This document shows positions 25,221 through 38,800 of a DNA stretch of 46,688 nucleotides, piece after piece. Below the pieces are notes generated by a model. That model saw only the letters and a list, made by a program, of their open reading frames with translations. It had not been told where the DNA came from and did not search any database. The DNA is from Kipferlia bialata (taxonomy: Eukaryota): the NCBI GenBank assembly GCA_003568945.1, contig BDIP01000017.1:1-46688 (forward strand), read 5' to 3'. A program made the translations under genes and the position numbers. How positions within the stretch are numbered: position 1 is the stretch's first letter; every line of letters begins with the position of its first letter.

Positions 25221-25878
25221 ACCCCAGCTGGAGAAGCTCATGCCCCTGGAGAAGATGGACCCCATCGACACCAGGTGAGTCAGACTACATCTCTCTCACC
25301 TCCCCATATTCACATATATATTGATGTCTCAATCAGTCTCTGCCTCTCTCTCTCACACAAACACACCCACCTCAGGTTGACCTAGAGATGGCCTGTCTGG
25401 ACATCTGTGACGTATATGGCCAGTGCACCCAGGAGGAGAACGAGGAGGTGCTCCCCCCCCCCCTCTCTCTCTGTCATAACTGCTTTCACGCACGCCCTCT
25501 ACCTCTGTATTTGTGTATCGAGTATGTATGCACGGAATATGTACCTATGGACCCGTATCGATATACATGAAATCATATTCCTGTTGACTTTTGTTGTTCT
25601 CTCATTCTATAGCCCTCCCCCCCTTTCTCTCCCTCCAGGTCTCTCCCATTGTATTTCCCTCCAGATCTCTCTCCCTCCAGGTCTCTCTCTCTCCCCCTCT
25701 CCCTCCAGATATATATATCTCTCTCTCCCTCTCCCTCCAGATATTTCTCTCTCTCTCCCTCTCCCTGCAGGTCTCCCGCTGCATATCCCTCCAGATGAGG
25801 TACAACAACCAGGTGACCGAGCTCCTGATCCAGGGATACACTCCCGACGTCATGTGCGAGATGATCGGAGTGTGCTAA
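24885..25878 (+). CDS. secreted saposin-like protein (single saposin B domain); possibly a pseudogene or sequence errors
   Basis: Exons 24885-24941 (MRVLALLAVVVLVCAASTK), 25045-25107 (..KCDTCGIWMDE), 25228-25274, 25376-25447 (..MACLDIC..) and 25771-25878 (..RC..YTPDVMCEMIGVC*) give the saposin Cys pattern. Intron 2 begins AT rather than GT, and exons 3/4 are 1 nt out of phase. Confidence 0.7.
25149..25216. repeat. (CT)n microsatellite in saposin intron 2
   Basis: Perfect CT dinucleotide run seen directly. Confidence 0.9.
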
Positions 25879-26098
25879 AGAGAGAAAGGGGGGAGTACTG
25901 CACTCCTGGTTATATCCTTGGTAAGTCACACACAGCTAGGCATGGTGTCTGGGGCATGTATGTCTGTACATGCACGTAGGGTACGAATGGATTAAGAGGT
26001 GGAGTCTTTGGTCTTTGGCTGGGTATATACACAGAGATAAATATTAATATCAGTGAACGATACTATTTGCCACAAAACGTGTGAGTCGTATAGTCTAC

Positions 26099-29000
26099 AA
26101 TGTCGGTTGAGACCTGTGAGGCTCTCTACCGTATAATACACATTCGAAGCCCTCGAAGTGAATGGACAAGATGGGCTGTTAAGTGTTCTCTCTAATCGAC
26201 CATAGCACCTGGACCAGAAAGCACGAGACCCTTGAAGCAGAGCACTGGTGGCACACCGCGTATGCCTAAAGAGTATGTTTACTGGAGGATATCTTGCACT
26301 TTCCCCAGACTCCCCAACTCTCAGAATACGACAGCTTCGCCTTGTTGCCCTAGTTGCGTATCTCTCTGCGACTGCGTATCTCTCTCTTGCTGCTCTGGCA
26401 AGTGCTGCGTCACGCTACTATCCTGGGAGTGAGGTCCTGTCCACTGTAGACCTGTGGTTCCATCAGTCAAGTGGATGGAGTCAGTCTCTGCTGCAACTAT
26501 GCCTGGTGGCACAGCCAGTGTATGTCCTCTATGTAGGTGAGTATCCTATAAGTGTCCTCACCCTATGTTAGCTAGACAGCTTGATACTTATCGAATCCTA
26601 ACTGTAGTCAACCACTATTGTGTTGTATCCCTCAGTTGTGCTTGTGGATCCAAACAGACGGAACCGACAACGTCTCTATTGGACAGAGTCGGAACACGCA
26701 GTACATCGTATACAATACGTAGATGGGTGGTTGATGTGTTGAGACTGTCTGGGTATTCAGACTATGACATATCTGTGCACGCCAAGTGTGTGATGCGACT
26801 TGGTATTGTCACAGAGGGTCTGTCTCACATTGTCAAACTGAGACGGGACATGAACCCTGTGGTTTCAGGGATGACCTTGACAGCGGGAGTGACACTGGTC
26901 TACTCACAGCTGAGGGTTGGTGGTATTTACAGCGTTTCTGACATTGATACCTTTGCATGCATAGCTATCCATGTCCATGGATGTCAATATCATCCTATTG
27001 AAGCGTAGAACTCTTCTCTTTCTATCATTACCACAGACAATGTCGCTCTACAATGCCAGTGACATCGCCATTATCAACAGGGGACCATCAAAACCTTCAC
27101 TAGGTATGAAGCATTATTTACTGGTGGTATAGAAGTCTTAGGTCACATACGTTCAAGCTGACTACTGAATCTAATTCAGCAATGTCCTTTGTGGTAGATA
27201 CACTTCCCATATCATTCGGCGGATACTGATGAACCAGCTCCGAAGTCCTCTCAATCCTGGTCCTACCATTGCCGAACTGTTAGTCGCGTCAGTACGATGG
27301 TACGTAGCAGTTGTCGATGTACAGAGGTAGTGTGACAGGTATCTGACTGCAGGTACTCAGTGTCGCCTCTGTCTTAGGCACAGTATGCCTCTATGTACCA
27401 AGAGTCTTAGGCTGGGAACTACAGGTAGGGGATCTAGGAGGGGGTTGATGCAAAGTGTGTCGAAGGTTACCCCCCTTCAGCTGCTTGGTGGACTCCACTT
27501 ACTCCACAGTCACTCTTCCGCTTCCTGCCGGTGTACCTCTTTGTGTCTGTTACGATGTGTGGCCTCGCAGCTTTCACAGACAAGTATGCAATCACACTAT
27601 GCTCGTGGCTACTGGAGCCAAGATTTCTGAAAGTGGTCCAGAAAGAGGTATGTAACAAGGGTCCGCAATGTTTAGTTCTTTCAAGTCTTCCGACAGACTT
27701 CTGACTTCAGCGATGTCCATCTCACACCCTCTCTGACAGAGCGTTCAAGAGCTATCTCAAGTGGCTCTTAGTCGATGAGTCTGACAATCCACCACTAAGG
27801 CCGCACCAGGTGAGTTTGATACTGATATTGAACACTAATCTACAAACACGACAGGCATTTCGTATGTAACTACCCCTCTATACACTTTAACTACTAGATG
27901 GACTCTAGGTGCTATACGTTAACACCTGTGGCTAGTTCTTAACATGCAGGTACTGCAGCTCTTGGTACAATCGGACCCCATAGATCCTGCCCAACGAATA
28001 GTTGAGTACTCGGCAACCTGTGTGTTCGGGCCCCCAGCAAGCTCTATCCTCCAATCGGTTAGTATCAGACCAACGGTGACGGCTACTTCGGCTGTGCTAT
28101 TACGGTATAAACCCTTGACTAACTACCAGGCAATGCTAGACGTGGCCTATTCACTTCCGCCGTGGCTGCAAAGGCACTTGGCACCCTATTTACTGCCTCA
28201 GTCACTAGTCCTGCGAGACAGGTACTTTCTGCAAACACGTGTAGTGTCAGTATACGATATACCAAGTTCCATATTTCGCTCCTCGAGACTCATACGTGAC
28301 ACTGATACTGTCTAGCTCCTCACCACAGGGCGTGGATCCGGGGAACAGTCTTAGCACAGCGATATACAGCAATGTTGCACACACCTGCGGCAGTGAACCT
28401 AGGCCATCTAGCCTACTTCAACACAGCTGGTGGGGCACCCTTACTAAACTCTATGCTGATGGTCAAGACTCTACATATCGGCCGCTAACGTCTAGGAGAG
28501 TTTGCGTCCCTAGTGACAGCCATCCAAGACTGCCGCGAGTTACATAGGTGCGGCCTCAGATGTGGTTGTACCTCACTGCACATACACGGACTGGCACTGA
28601 TGTACAGTATCCACTTGGCCAGCAAGATATGTGCCTTCAACTTGGTTATGGGGCGGGTCCAGTGCAACTACCTGGATCACTTTCCCATGGGTCCTGAGGT
28701 GAGGCGTAGCTATCGTGTGCTTAGTGAGAGTTTCTAAGTTATATTCTTGACTCCTACACTGTGTGTGATGGCAGACTGCCATTGGCAGTATTCTAGCTAT
28801 TGTTCACCCCCAGGACATTGAAGACAAGCATTGGCTGCCTGTACACAGGAGTCTCTGCAGAGGACTGCAGTGCACAGTTCCCACGCCTACCCTGCCTTTC
28901 ATCCCATTTACAAGACGACGCAAGCTCTGGTGCGTTCACCTTCCTCTATCATGTACCCACACGAGTGTTTGTGGTCAGTTAATACCATATGTTTCTCTGT

Positions 29001-32000
29001 GATCACTATTGGTTCTAACTTCAGCTGGCCCCCTGTGTCCTATCCACCCACTGGACGTCTACTCCGGTGCTTCCAGGTGAGTGATCAGTGCCCTGACATC
29101 TCATACGTAGGGCTTTACAGACGCCCCTCTCCCCTCACAGTGTGAGTCACACCAGCTACCATACATACTCTTCGTCCAGAGGCACATCATGATGATTACA
29201 GAGACCTGGTACCGGTTCTTCTTGTTGAACCCATACGAGGTGGTCTCGATATGAACTGTGCATATGTATGATATGTCAAAGTACTACTATTTACACGACT
29301 CGATCACTCACCTAGCCCCACGGTGTGTGGAAGCGACACCTGGACCAGATGTATCCGGAGACCAGGAATGTTCTACTGCTAGAAGAGGTATGAGTGCAAA
29401 GTTCTGTGGTATACCAGTGAGTGTTGTCTCTCTGCACCTTCTTGTCTGACCAATTAGACCAAGAGCGACTTTGCAGGTCCTGAAGCCAAGCCTAGCGAGT
29501 GCTCAGTGTCCAACATCATACTATCAATCGAGGGAGATAAGGTATGTGAAAGGACACTTGACAGTACGTACATACCAACTGGTAGTCCTTTCTCAGAAGT
29601 CACTATATCTATATACTAGTTCTTACCAGTCAGATCGATACATGTTTTACTTGGTTCCACGAGGTGTTCAACCGTGGGTCAGACAACATACCAACAGAGG
29701 TACCAACACAATATCACATAATGGTATAGAATACAAATATTGGCCTATACACAAGCAGAATGCTATCCTCAGCTTCGTGGCTGCATAGTCTTCTTCTGGC
29801 ACAGAGACCGCCTTGCACTGATGCGCCGCATGCAGTGTCTAGGACTGGACGCTGAGCTAACCCTACCACGAGAACTCGTCAGTAACCCAAGGTGCCAGTG
29901 TGTTGTCTGCTCCCAATCTAATTGCAATAACAGCAACAAGAGATGCGTCACTCTGGCCGCTCTCTCTCCCGCAGTGGTGTATGATTGTGGGCCAGACATA
30001 CATCTGCCACTCACGATGTTTAGGTCACCTGTAAGAATTGCGACGAAGGCGAGTCACCTGGGATACTCTACAATGTAATCTCATGCAGTTGTTGAGGTCT
30101 TTCTCACAATCAGACACACGCAAGGGAGTTCCAATGTGTGTATAACCAGGCAACCGCTGATCTAGCCATAAGGTGAGAGACCATACTCGTAGCAGGCAGA
30201 TTATGGTATGTTACTGACGCTCAGACATGCCCTAGATCAGTTTGGTGTTGACCTGCAATACGACACCGCACCTGTTGCTCGTTCCGACTATCCATCTGGC
30301 CTGTGTGTGGCGGCTATGTATCTGTTCAACGTGGCAGGGTGGGTCACCTAACACTCTATGTACATCACCTCGTTAGTCCACCAACTATTATCGCACTGAC
30401 AACAGACTCGAGGCTTGTCGAGTCTCGCCTTCAGCGTTTGCACGATTCGTGCTGACGGTTACGGTAAGGGCTCTTGGTTCTTCTCCACTTCTGCAGGGGA
30501 GACACTACAATTCCATACTCTTATAGTCTTCTCAATTGTGTTACTCAGCCTAACCTGTTTAGTCTGCCTTCCCGTACGGCCACATCCAGACCACCCTCGA
30601 CAGTCTCCACCTAGCATACCACCTGTGCCACTCTATCAGAGCGTCTCAGAGAGGGGAGGCTCTGATGAACAGACACCAGAAACTGCTCGCAATGGTGACT
30701 GCTCTTGCTGGAGGTCTAGCGAGAGGTACCTATATAGCAGTGTTGTGGTTTCTGTGACCCAAGTTGTAGCGTAGATGATTCAAATCAATTGTGTCATTTG
30801 CGCATCATTACCCACCTTCCAGGTATGGCTCTAGATGGCAGAACCCAGGTTGCCTCCTGTCTACACAGAGATAGACACACTTGTGACAGGGAACACATAG
30901 CAGGGTAAGTATATGGGGAATCAATTGGAGATGCTTGCGTCATGAGTGACAGTGTTTAGTAGTGTGCACTGTACAGCAGACTTTCCAGCCTCATGTGTGT
31001 GATAGTCAAGGAGACAGTTGATATAGATAGTATATGCAGTGTGTGCCTATCAATTGTATACCGAATGTAGTACACACTACCTCCCATTCAACCCAGCCTG
31101 GTGTGTGTGATGGCCAAGCAGACAGGGCTACTGAAGCACCTCCCCCTGGGTACATGTGCACTGTTGAAGACACTCATAATGGCCACATCTCCAGACAGCA
31201 TATGCGGCATAATCCTAGAGGTACCTATAAGTGCATCCAAGAGAGATATATGCCAGTGTCTAAGTGTATATACAGGTGTATAACAATACAACACAAACAT
31301 AAGGTTCAGCACTGCACATCCTGGCTGAGGGGCATGTCTAAGGAGGAGAGAGACGAGATCCTAGTGGTGTCCAGGCTTCAGGTACCGACGATAGAGAAGA
31401 TGGAGTACCACCAACAAGAAGGCAAACTCATCGTTTACTATTATTGTGTCACTGGTCTATTTGAGTGCGCAAGTGAGGTGATCAATACGTATACCTCACA
31501 CCAGCGTGAAGAAGTTATCCCCTCTATTCTTGTGGCGCCCCACTCAGTTATGGGATCTCTCCAGAGTCTGCTACTGAGGTGCGATATCGATCTATTACAC
31601 ACATCCATAAGGACGGCATATACCGTCACACATGACTAGAGAGTCTAACCCCCTAGGAGCATTGTGTGTCTGTCTAGCATGGCCTGGTGCAGATCACCAG
31701 ACTCAGAGAGGGGGTGAGTGCACTAATCTACAGTGACTAGTAACAACCACAGTTAGACTGGGGTCACAGGTGTATTGGCACGCAGTCTTCGCTCGATTTA
31801 ATTAGCCGTCTATATAGTCTAACCCTCAGGTGGCAGGAGGCCCAGGCTTTCAAGGCATCCAGAGACAAGTATGCCTTTGGTGTCAGTGCCAACTGGTCAG
31901 GGGCGGAGAGACAGGTACAAGTAAACGGCAATCATATGTATAGCATATCCATAATGTATAGAGGGGAAGTAGGCTCTAACTGTCAGCTTTGCAATGGGTT

Positions 32001-32112
32001 CCGACAGGCACTCTATGTTCCTTTACTCGAGCAACTGAAGGGGTTGGCATCCGTGTTGAACCTTCGTAACATGGTTGGACTACTCTCGGAACTCATTGAG
32101 AGTGCCATGTGA
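26099..32112 (+). CDS. probable large multi-exon gene of unknown function (Leu-rich, helical-looking); exon structure only partly resolved
   Basis: Possible start MSVETCEALYR, a chain of plus-strand open segments bounded by GT/AG, and in-phase terminal exons WQEAQAFKASRDKYAF...ERQ | LCNGFRQALYVPLLEQLKG...ESAM* (TGA 32110-32112). No family recognised. Confidence 0.45.
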
Positions 32113-32578
32113 TACTAAGTCTTAGTAATGATTAATCATTCTTGAAACAAGTTGGATAAATGCACAATCATTGTTTGTTCCTCTGTTTATCCCGAACCTC
32201 CAGAACGTAGACATCTGTATATTATGTTTTATGTCTCGAATATGAGATGTTATACCTTTATATATAGGACTCATATAGGATTAGTACTAAGTACTTTCTG
32301 TATAGCCATCGTTTGGGCTCCTAGCATGTTTGGTGTTATTGATTAGAGTTCATATATTGTATAGATGGCCGCATCTAAACACAACTAGAGGTAATAACCA
32401 GGGGACCACGATATAACATACGAATCTATTATTGCCAACCTAATGTTGGGGGTCTCAGTACACACAAAACAACACTAAAAATCGCTCCACGGTATGCTCA
32501 ACTACAAGGTTGAGTCCTTCGCAAGGGGGCTTGGGTGGGGAGAAGACACACTCTCTCACTCTCTCTCCTAGCAGGGTT

Positions 32579-35141
32579 CTAGAGCAGTGGTAGCGGCGTG
32601 GTGGGAGTCAGCTAAAACAGTCTCACTCTCACTCTCCCACACACTCTAGTGAGGGAGGGGTCAACCATCCTCTGCATCTCTCTCTCTCTACTTGAATGGA
32701 GGGCGGGGTTCTACCTCAGGTGTCTTCCAGTCTGGTATGGGTGTCCCATATCGGGGACCTCCATAGCCTAATGATCAAAGAGAGAGAGAGAGAGTACGAG
32801 ATGAAATTATATACGGGACCTCGTGAGGCGGGGGGGATACGATACGATATTCTGAGACTCATACCAGAGGAGCGAGGTGTCTGCCTCCTCCTCCGAGTGG
32901 TTGGAGTGGTGGCCAACTCCCCTCTCCTTCCACGCACTACTGCAGGGCAAGAACGGCCTGATGTAAGAGTATAGTAGTACACTATATGTACCATGGTACT
33001 CACCCTGTAGTAGCCTAGGGGAGCCTAGGGGAGCCTAGGGGAGCCTGACCATTCTCTCTTACCAATGCCACAACACACACATATATATACTTCGTGGTAC
33101 ACATACAACACTGTATCACTCACCCATTATTGCCCTGGGCCTGGGCCTGGCCTTCTGCTCGTTGAGGCACATACGATGGAGAAACATCATGTCCCTGCGA
33201 GCACCCAACTAGAGGGTGAGAGAGACTGATAACATGGAAAGACATAATGTAACATTCAATAGTGTGAAATTATCTAAAGAGGGTTATATACAGACTACAT
33301 ATGAGTAGTATATATAGTGGCATACTACTACATAGTGGAGGTGTATACCACCTACGCATCGTAGGAGGTCCTAGTCCCACGTCGTGGGAGAGAGAGGGGG
33401 TGAATACCCTAAGAATATCCATGTACCGAAATAGTGTATATCCTGCCATGTACATATACATCCATACATCGTACCAGGTCCTCTTCCCAAGAGAGAGATT
33501 CGGGTGTCCTTGTCTCCCGACACCTGGGGATCAGAGACCATAGACAGAGAGAAGGAAAATGAGAGGAATATTTATACATATACGTATGTCTGAGACTCAG
33601 AGAGAGGATGAGACACTTGTGGCACCTGTCGATGCCCCTGTCACAGGTGACAATGATGTTCTCTACCTCTCTGATCCACCATTTGAGGTAGTCTTGGGTT
33701 AGTGCCGAGGAGGGATATCATACAGCATACCCATATCAGTAAGTGTATACCTAAAACATATATATATATCATGTACTGACATGGATAGAGTAGGGGTTGT
33801 GTTACACAACTTGTGTATGAGTATGATTCCTGTCTGGGGTCAGTATAGAGAGGGTACCGTAGAGAGTCGGATTGAGTATGACGTGCCAGTGCTCTCAGTC
33901 CGGGAGAGATGTAGGATATAGACAGTGGCGCTTGGATTGAGTGGGGTCAGTATGGAGAGGATAGGGTGGGGGTTGTGGATTGAGTTGATTGTGTGCTTGG
34001 GATGAGGGGAATACTGTACCGGGAGAGTGAGTGAAATGCGTGGGAGGGGTCAGAGAGCAGAGGGAAGTTGGATTGAGTTAAACATGTGTGGCGCGCATAT
34101 ACTCACACACCGATATGGCTCGCTATACAGATGGGTAGGCGTACATATACAAGTATTGGGGGCAGATAAGACGTGGGTACACACAACTGTGGCATAGGTT
34201 CCTAGACTAGAGTGTTGAGCACGGTAACTGAAACAGTCACAAGTTGTGACTCACAACGAGACCGTTACACAACCGATACTCACCCTATATACTAGTGTAG
34301 AGAGTATTCGAATTTAAGAAGAAGCCTAGAGCACGTTGTACTCACCATATCGCGTTCTGCTTGGTTCCCCACCCACTAGAGAGACTGACAGTGTGACTAT
34401 TCTGAGCATAGTATTCTCCGAATCTGAGTAGGATTTGGGTCGGATATCCTCCCCAACTAACCCGGTAGTCTTGTCTACCTCTCTACCCACTGAGTATGCA
34501 GTAGCTTAACTGCAACATTCCATCTCGTAGAGGAGTGTGAGAGTGACCATATCGAAAGGGTCTTACTGTAGTGGCTGGGAGTTGGCTCGGATACTGTAGA
34601 GACCGCCATCCACCCCAACTATATATTAGTGTGACTCTCTAAGCACCATCCCCCCCCACATCTCTAATATAAAGTGCCTTCGTGCGTACCAGCCCTACTA
34701 GGGGCAAGTCTGTGCATGAACAGCTGGCCTACCTCAGGTAACATATACACATACACACATATATAGTGTCAACATAGACATAAATGTATATATATATTGA
34801 GAGAGAGAGAGAGATGCATGAGGAGCTGGGATATCTCAGGTATCTCTCTCTCTCTCTCTTTCTGAGACTGGCCTCCCTCAGGTACCTCAACTTACCCTCA
34901 CTCCCTGAGTGGTAATGCATATCAGTGTGAATATGCCTATTACATATACTGCTTCCTAGTACTGAAGCTGGCGTACCTCAGGCAGACAGTATATATATAT
35001 ACCTTGATCTAGCTCTCTCTCTCTCTCACCCATCTACCTCAGGCAGACAGTCTCTCTCTCTCTCTCTCTCAGTATCTCTCTCGTCCTCTCACCTCAGGCA
35101 GAGAGTCACCCCCCAGAGCATCCTGTGTCAGCAGAGTGTAT

Positions 35142-35189
<48 letters not shown>

Positions 35190-35460
35190 ATCCACTAAGT
35201 CACAGTACATGTATGCAGTATTCAATATATAGGCTGCCAGTATCTTTATAGGGTAAGTACAGGTAAGAGCAAGGCATATAACATATACATATGCAAAGAC
35301 ATGTGTATCTCCACCCCGCTCCTCACCCCCCCCTCTCTCTATATATATATATATGAATATTTGTATGTATCTAAGTCCAGGTCAAGTGGAGGTACTGTTT
35401 TGAGGAGCCAGTCAACTGCACTCCCTTGCCCCACCCCGTCAGAGAGTATCTCTGGCGCAT
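32579..35460 (-). CDS. probable multi-exon gene of unknown function
   Basis: Small AG/GT-bounded exons encode DALGGDSLPE, DYLKWWIREVENIIVTCDRGIDR, CRETRTPESLSWEEDL, LGARRDMMFLHRMCLNEQKARPRPRAIM, GYGGPRYGTPIPDWKTPE and LTPTTPLPLL*. The start and several junctions are uncertain. Confidence 0.4.
33012..33046. repeat. 10-bp tandem repeat (AGCCTAGGGG) x3.5 that triplicates a minus-strand CCCCTAG acceptor
   Basis: Seen directly; lies just upstream (minus strand) of the micro-exon GCTACTACAGG|GTGAGT. Confidence 0.8.
35144..35186. repeat. (TA)n microsatellite
   Basis: Perfect TA run seen directly; representative of many in the introns. Confidence 0.9.
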
Positions 35461-35869
35461 TAATGTAGAGTGACTGTAGTCACCCTCTCTCTCGCTAGAG
35501 TTCCAGTCATGTGACTATATATATATAGTCATAGTGTAGTATACACTGTATAGTGACTATATATATTAGACTGACAGATTGCTTTAAGATCTCCCTGACG
35601 ACGCAGCTTGACGAATTATTGGCACAGTATAGGGCAATGAGAGTCAAAAGTAGTAAAGTAACCTAGTTGGTTGATCATGCCAAGACAATATTGGATATGG
35701 GATTGATGGACGCCAAAAACAAAAGAGAGTATGTTCAGAATGATAATGTGGCTCATTTACTAGGATTTCATCATTCCATTTCCGACTCTATCTAGCAATA
35801 CGACACCCCAAATGCGCTTTGGTTGTACCTTTCCTTCACGAACTACCAGGAATTTACACTTTCAGTAAA

Positions 35870-38800
35870 TCATACCAATGACTGGGAGGACTCGTCAGAG
35901 GAGGCCGATGAGGAGTCTCCCAGAGCACCTTGTTCTGTGTCATCCACAGACTCATCCAACTGGGGCCCCTCTGCTTGATGCTCAGGGATACCGACCGGCA
36001 CCACCAACACTGGCAGTGCACAGCACTCCTCCACAGAGGGATCCACAGGCATCACGCGGAAGGGCATTCCACCATCGACCTGGATCGTGTTCCCTCCCTT
36101 CCAGAGGCTAGGGTTCCCGCCTTCATACAGGGTCATTGGTGTCATTCCAACGGGCGTTGAAGGCCTGGAAGCAATGTCCTCGCTGTTCTCTTCCTCATCA
36201 GCTCTGCACCCTACACAACAGCAGGCACAGACACATAGCAAGAAGAGGAGGCCCAGACCAATCTGGACCGGTACTGCCCAGGAGGTCTCCAGGCTGTAAC
36301 TCACTGCATACCCATACCCAGTTGGGGGCAGGTCTGAACCGGTGTAGTCGATCACAAGGCAGTTACGCAGCACTGGCAGCAGAGTGTAGAAGCGGCTGCT
36401 GCTTAACTCTCCCCCTCTGACCACCACGGGACTATCCCCAAGGGATAGCAGAGAGTGGTCCTCACCACACTTACTGGGCGTGACGGTGAGTGTGTCTGTG
36501 GTAGCAATGGTCCCAAACATCTCCAAGAACATGTCACCCACGCCGCTGCCTAGCACTACGCCGTCTGGGTGTACAATCATGCGCTGGCGCCTAGCGTGAG
36601 AATGACATGATGGAAATTTCTGAGGGTATTCTTAGGTGCGTACGTGTTGGGAGTATACACACTAGGTGTAAAGAAGCCAGCGTCTTCGGTCAGCACGGCC
36701 CCGTCGGTTACAGCCTCTGGCCCGCTATCGGCAGCGGCTGGCGTCACTGAGTACTCACAGGACCAACCGGCGAAGTCGGTGTGCTCACTGTCAGTATCGA
36801 ACTCGACTACTAGGCAGTTCTGCAACCACTCTTCACCGGTGTGGGTGAATGAAATGCCCTGACGTTAGCAGCCTAATACTATTTCAAGTGAATATAGTGG
36901 CTCAGTTGAGGTGGCATACCTGGTTGATGTTTATGCTGCCACTCTTTGTTGTGATGGGAGTGGAAGACAGGATAGTGTGGGAGGGGCCGCAGTGGGCACG
37001 GTGTATCTGACGGTCAAGGGCAGAGAGTGGAGTATCAGTATCGGTATCTAGTATGCGTGTCTGGCATATACAGATACTGGGTCAACGGCATAGCTCAGTA
37101 TCACTGGGGCTCGGGATAATAGAGGGTGTGTGTACCTTCAGATAGTCACGCCCTGACTCTGTGTATCCTGTGCATTCAAGGTGCACGCTGTCCATACTGC
37201 CAGGGTGCACTACAAACATGTCATCCCTGAGGTGGGTATTGGTACTCAATCGATGTGGAAAAGGGATGATACTGATACTGATGCAAAGCTATCAGGACTC
37301 CCCACGTACTGGTCGTTTCTGTATGAGACTGGCGCAAATGAGCCAAAGTCAGCAGTGTACACCTCGGTGGAGTCGGGAACGGCTACCACCGCCTCATAGG
37401 AGCATGTAAATGTATCCCCCTTTGTCAAAGAGTAACTCTCCGCGTTGTGACTGGTCGTCTCATACGTCACAACAAGGCAGTTTTCGTCTCCGGCAAAATA
37501 CATGTCATGGGGTGAGGCTGGTTTCTGCAGGTCCAAGAACACTCACAAATGCAGCTTATGACACAGAGAGACAAAAGTACACAAACTGAAAGCCAGTGGC
37601 GTAAATCCACTACTGATGGTAACAGAGGCTCTATCCACAGAGAGTGGGTATACACTTCGACAAGCATAGACCATACACGTACTGAGTAGATGTCATATTG
37701 GTTGGCTGGGTTGCGGTGCCTGTGCTCCCTCAACCCCGATGGAGAGTGGGCGTCATCGCACGTGGCGTAGAAGGTCTGATGAGTAAGCATCAACATAGAA
37801 CATTGAATGAACATTTGGGTAGAAGAGGTCGAACCGATGATAAACAATATATATGTCCACTCTGTAGAAACCACTGATTACTAGGTGCTGATAATTATGT
37901 ATACAAGCTCACTCCTACCTTCAGATCCGCATAAGAGTCACTGTATTTATAGTAACTCAAGTCCATGGAGCAATCTAGGGTGATCTGTGACAGGTAAGCA
38001 GGGTGTACAACGAACACATCGTACCTGACCTGTCAGTATTTGAAGGATGATGCGATGAAACGATTTGTGATTGTGAAGAACAGGCCTCAAAAGGGTATAC
38101 ACGGACTGATTATGTTCACCAATGAGATATATATATATACTATATGTGTATGATATATATACACTGATATGCACGTACTCCTCAGGGTGGCAGGACTCGA
38201 TAGAGAATTGGCCCGTCACGTCTGTATAGTCCTCTGTTCTGTTTGGAGGCATGTCTTGGATTGTGTAGGTGGCTGAGAACCCTGGCCCGTGTGACCCCGT
38301 GTCATCAGTGTCCCAGCGGATCGACACACAGGTGTCATAGCCCTCAAAGGAGATGTCCTGGAGTTAGCATGGAAGGAGGTCTGTGGACAATACTGCTCTC
38401 GGGTGAAGAGACTAACTGTAACATATTGGTCCATACCAAGGGATCAGAGGCCCCGGGCATGTCTCCACTCAACACTAGGAGGGGCTCAGCACTGTCCCGG
38501 TCTACATATCCTGGCTGACTACCCGATGGCTCACACTCGGCCATCCAGACCTGGGTTTGAGATATGGATCTATCACCAGTGCAAGTATCAGTTACAGAGT
38601 GTTTTAGTACCCCATACCGACACTGTGTTCCCCTCGGCTACAGACCCAGTGAACTCTATCCTGCCACTCTCTGCCCAGGCTGGGTATATGTAGAAGCGAT
38701 CATGCCTGGCGGTTGATGATCGGTGCAGAAAGAGTACATCACTTTAATGAATGGGGAATGACGTACTGGTTGATGTGGTAGGTCGCTGGAGCTATTGTGC

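Noticed and set aside
26000..32400. Decayed retrotransposon or viral insertion
   Set aside because: No RT, integrase, transposase or capsid motifs, LTRs or TIRs recognised; splice-like boundaries and in-phase terminal exons favour a host gene.
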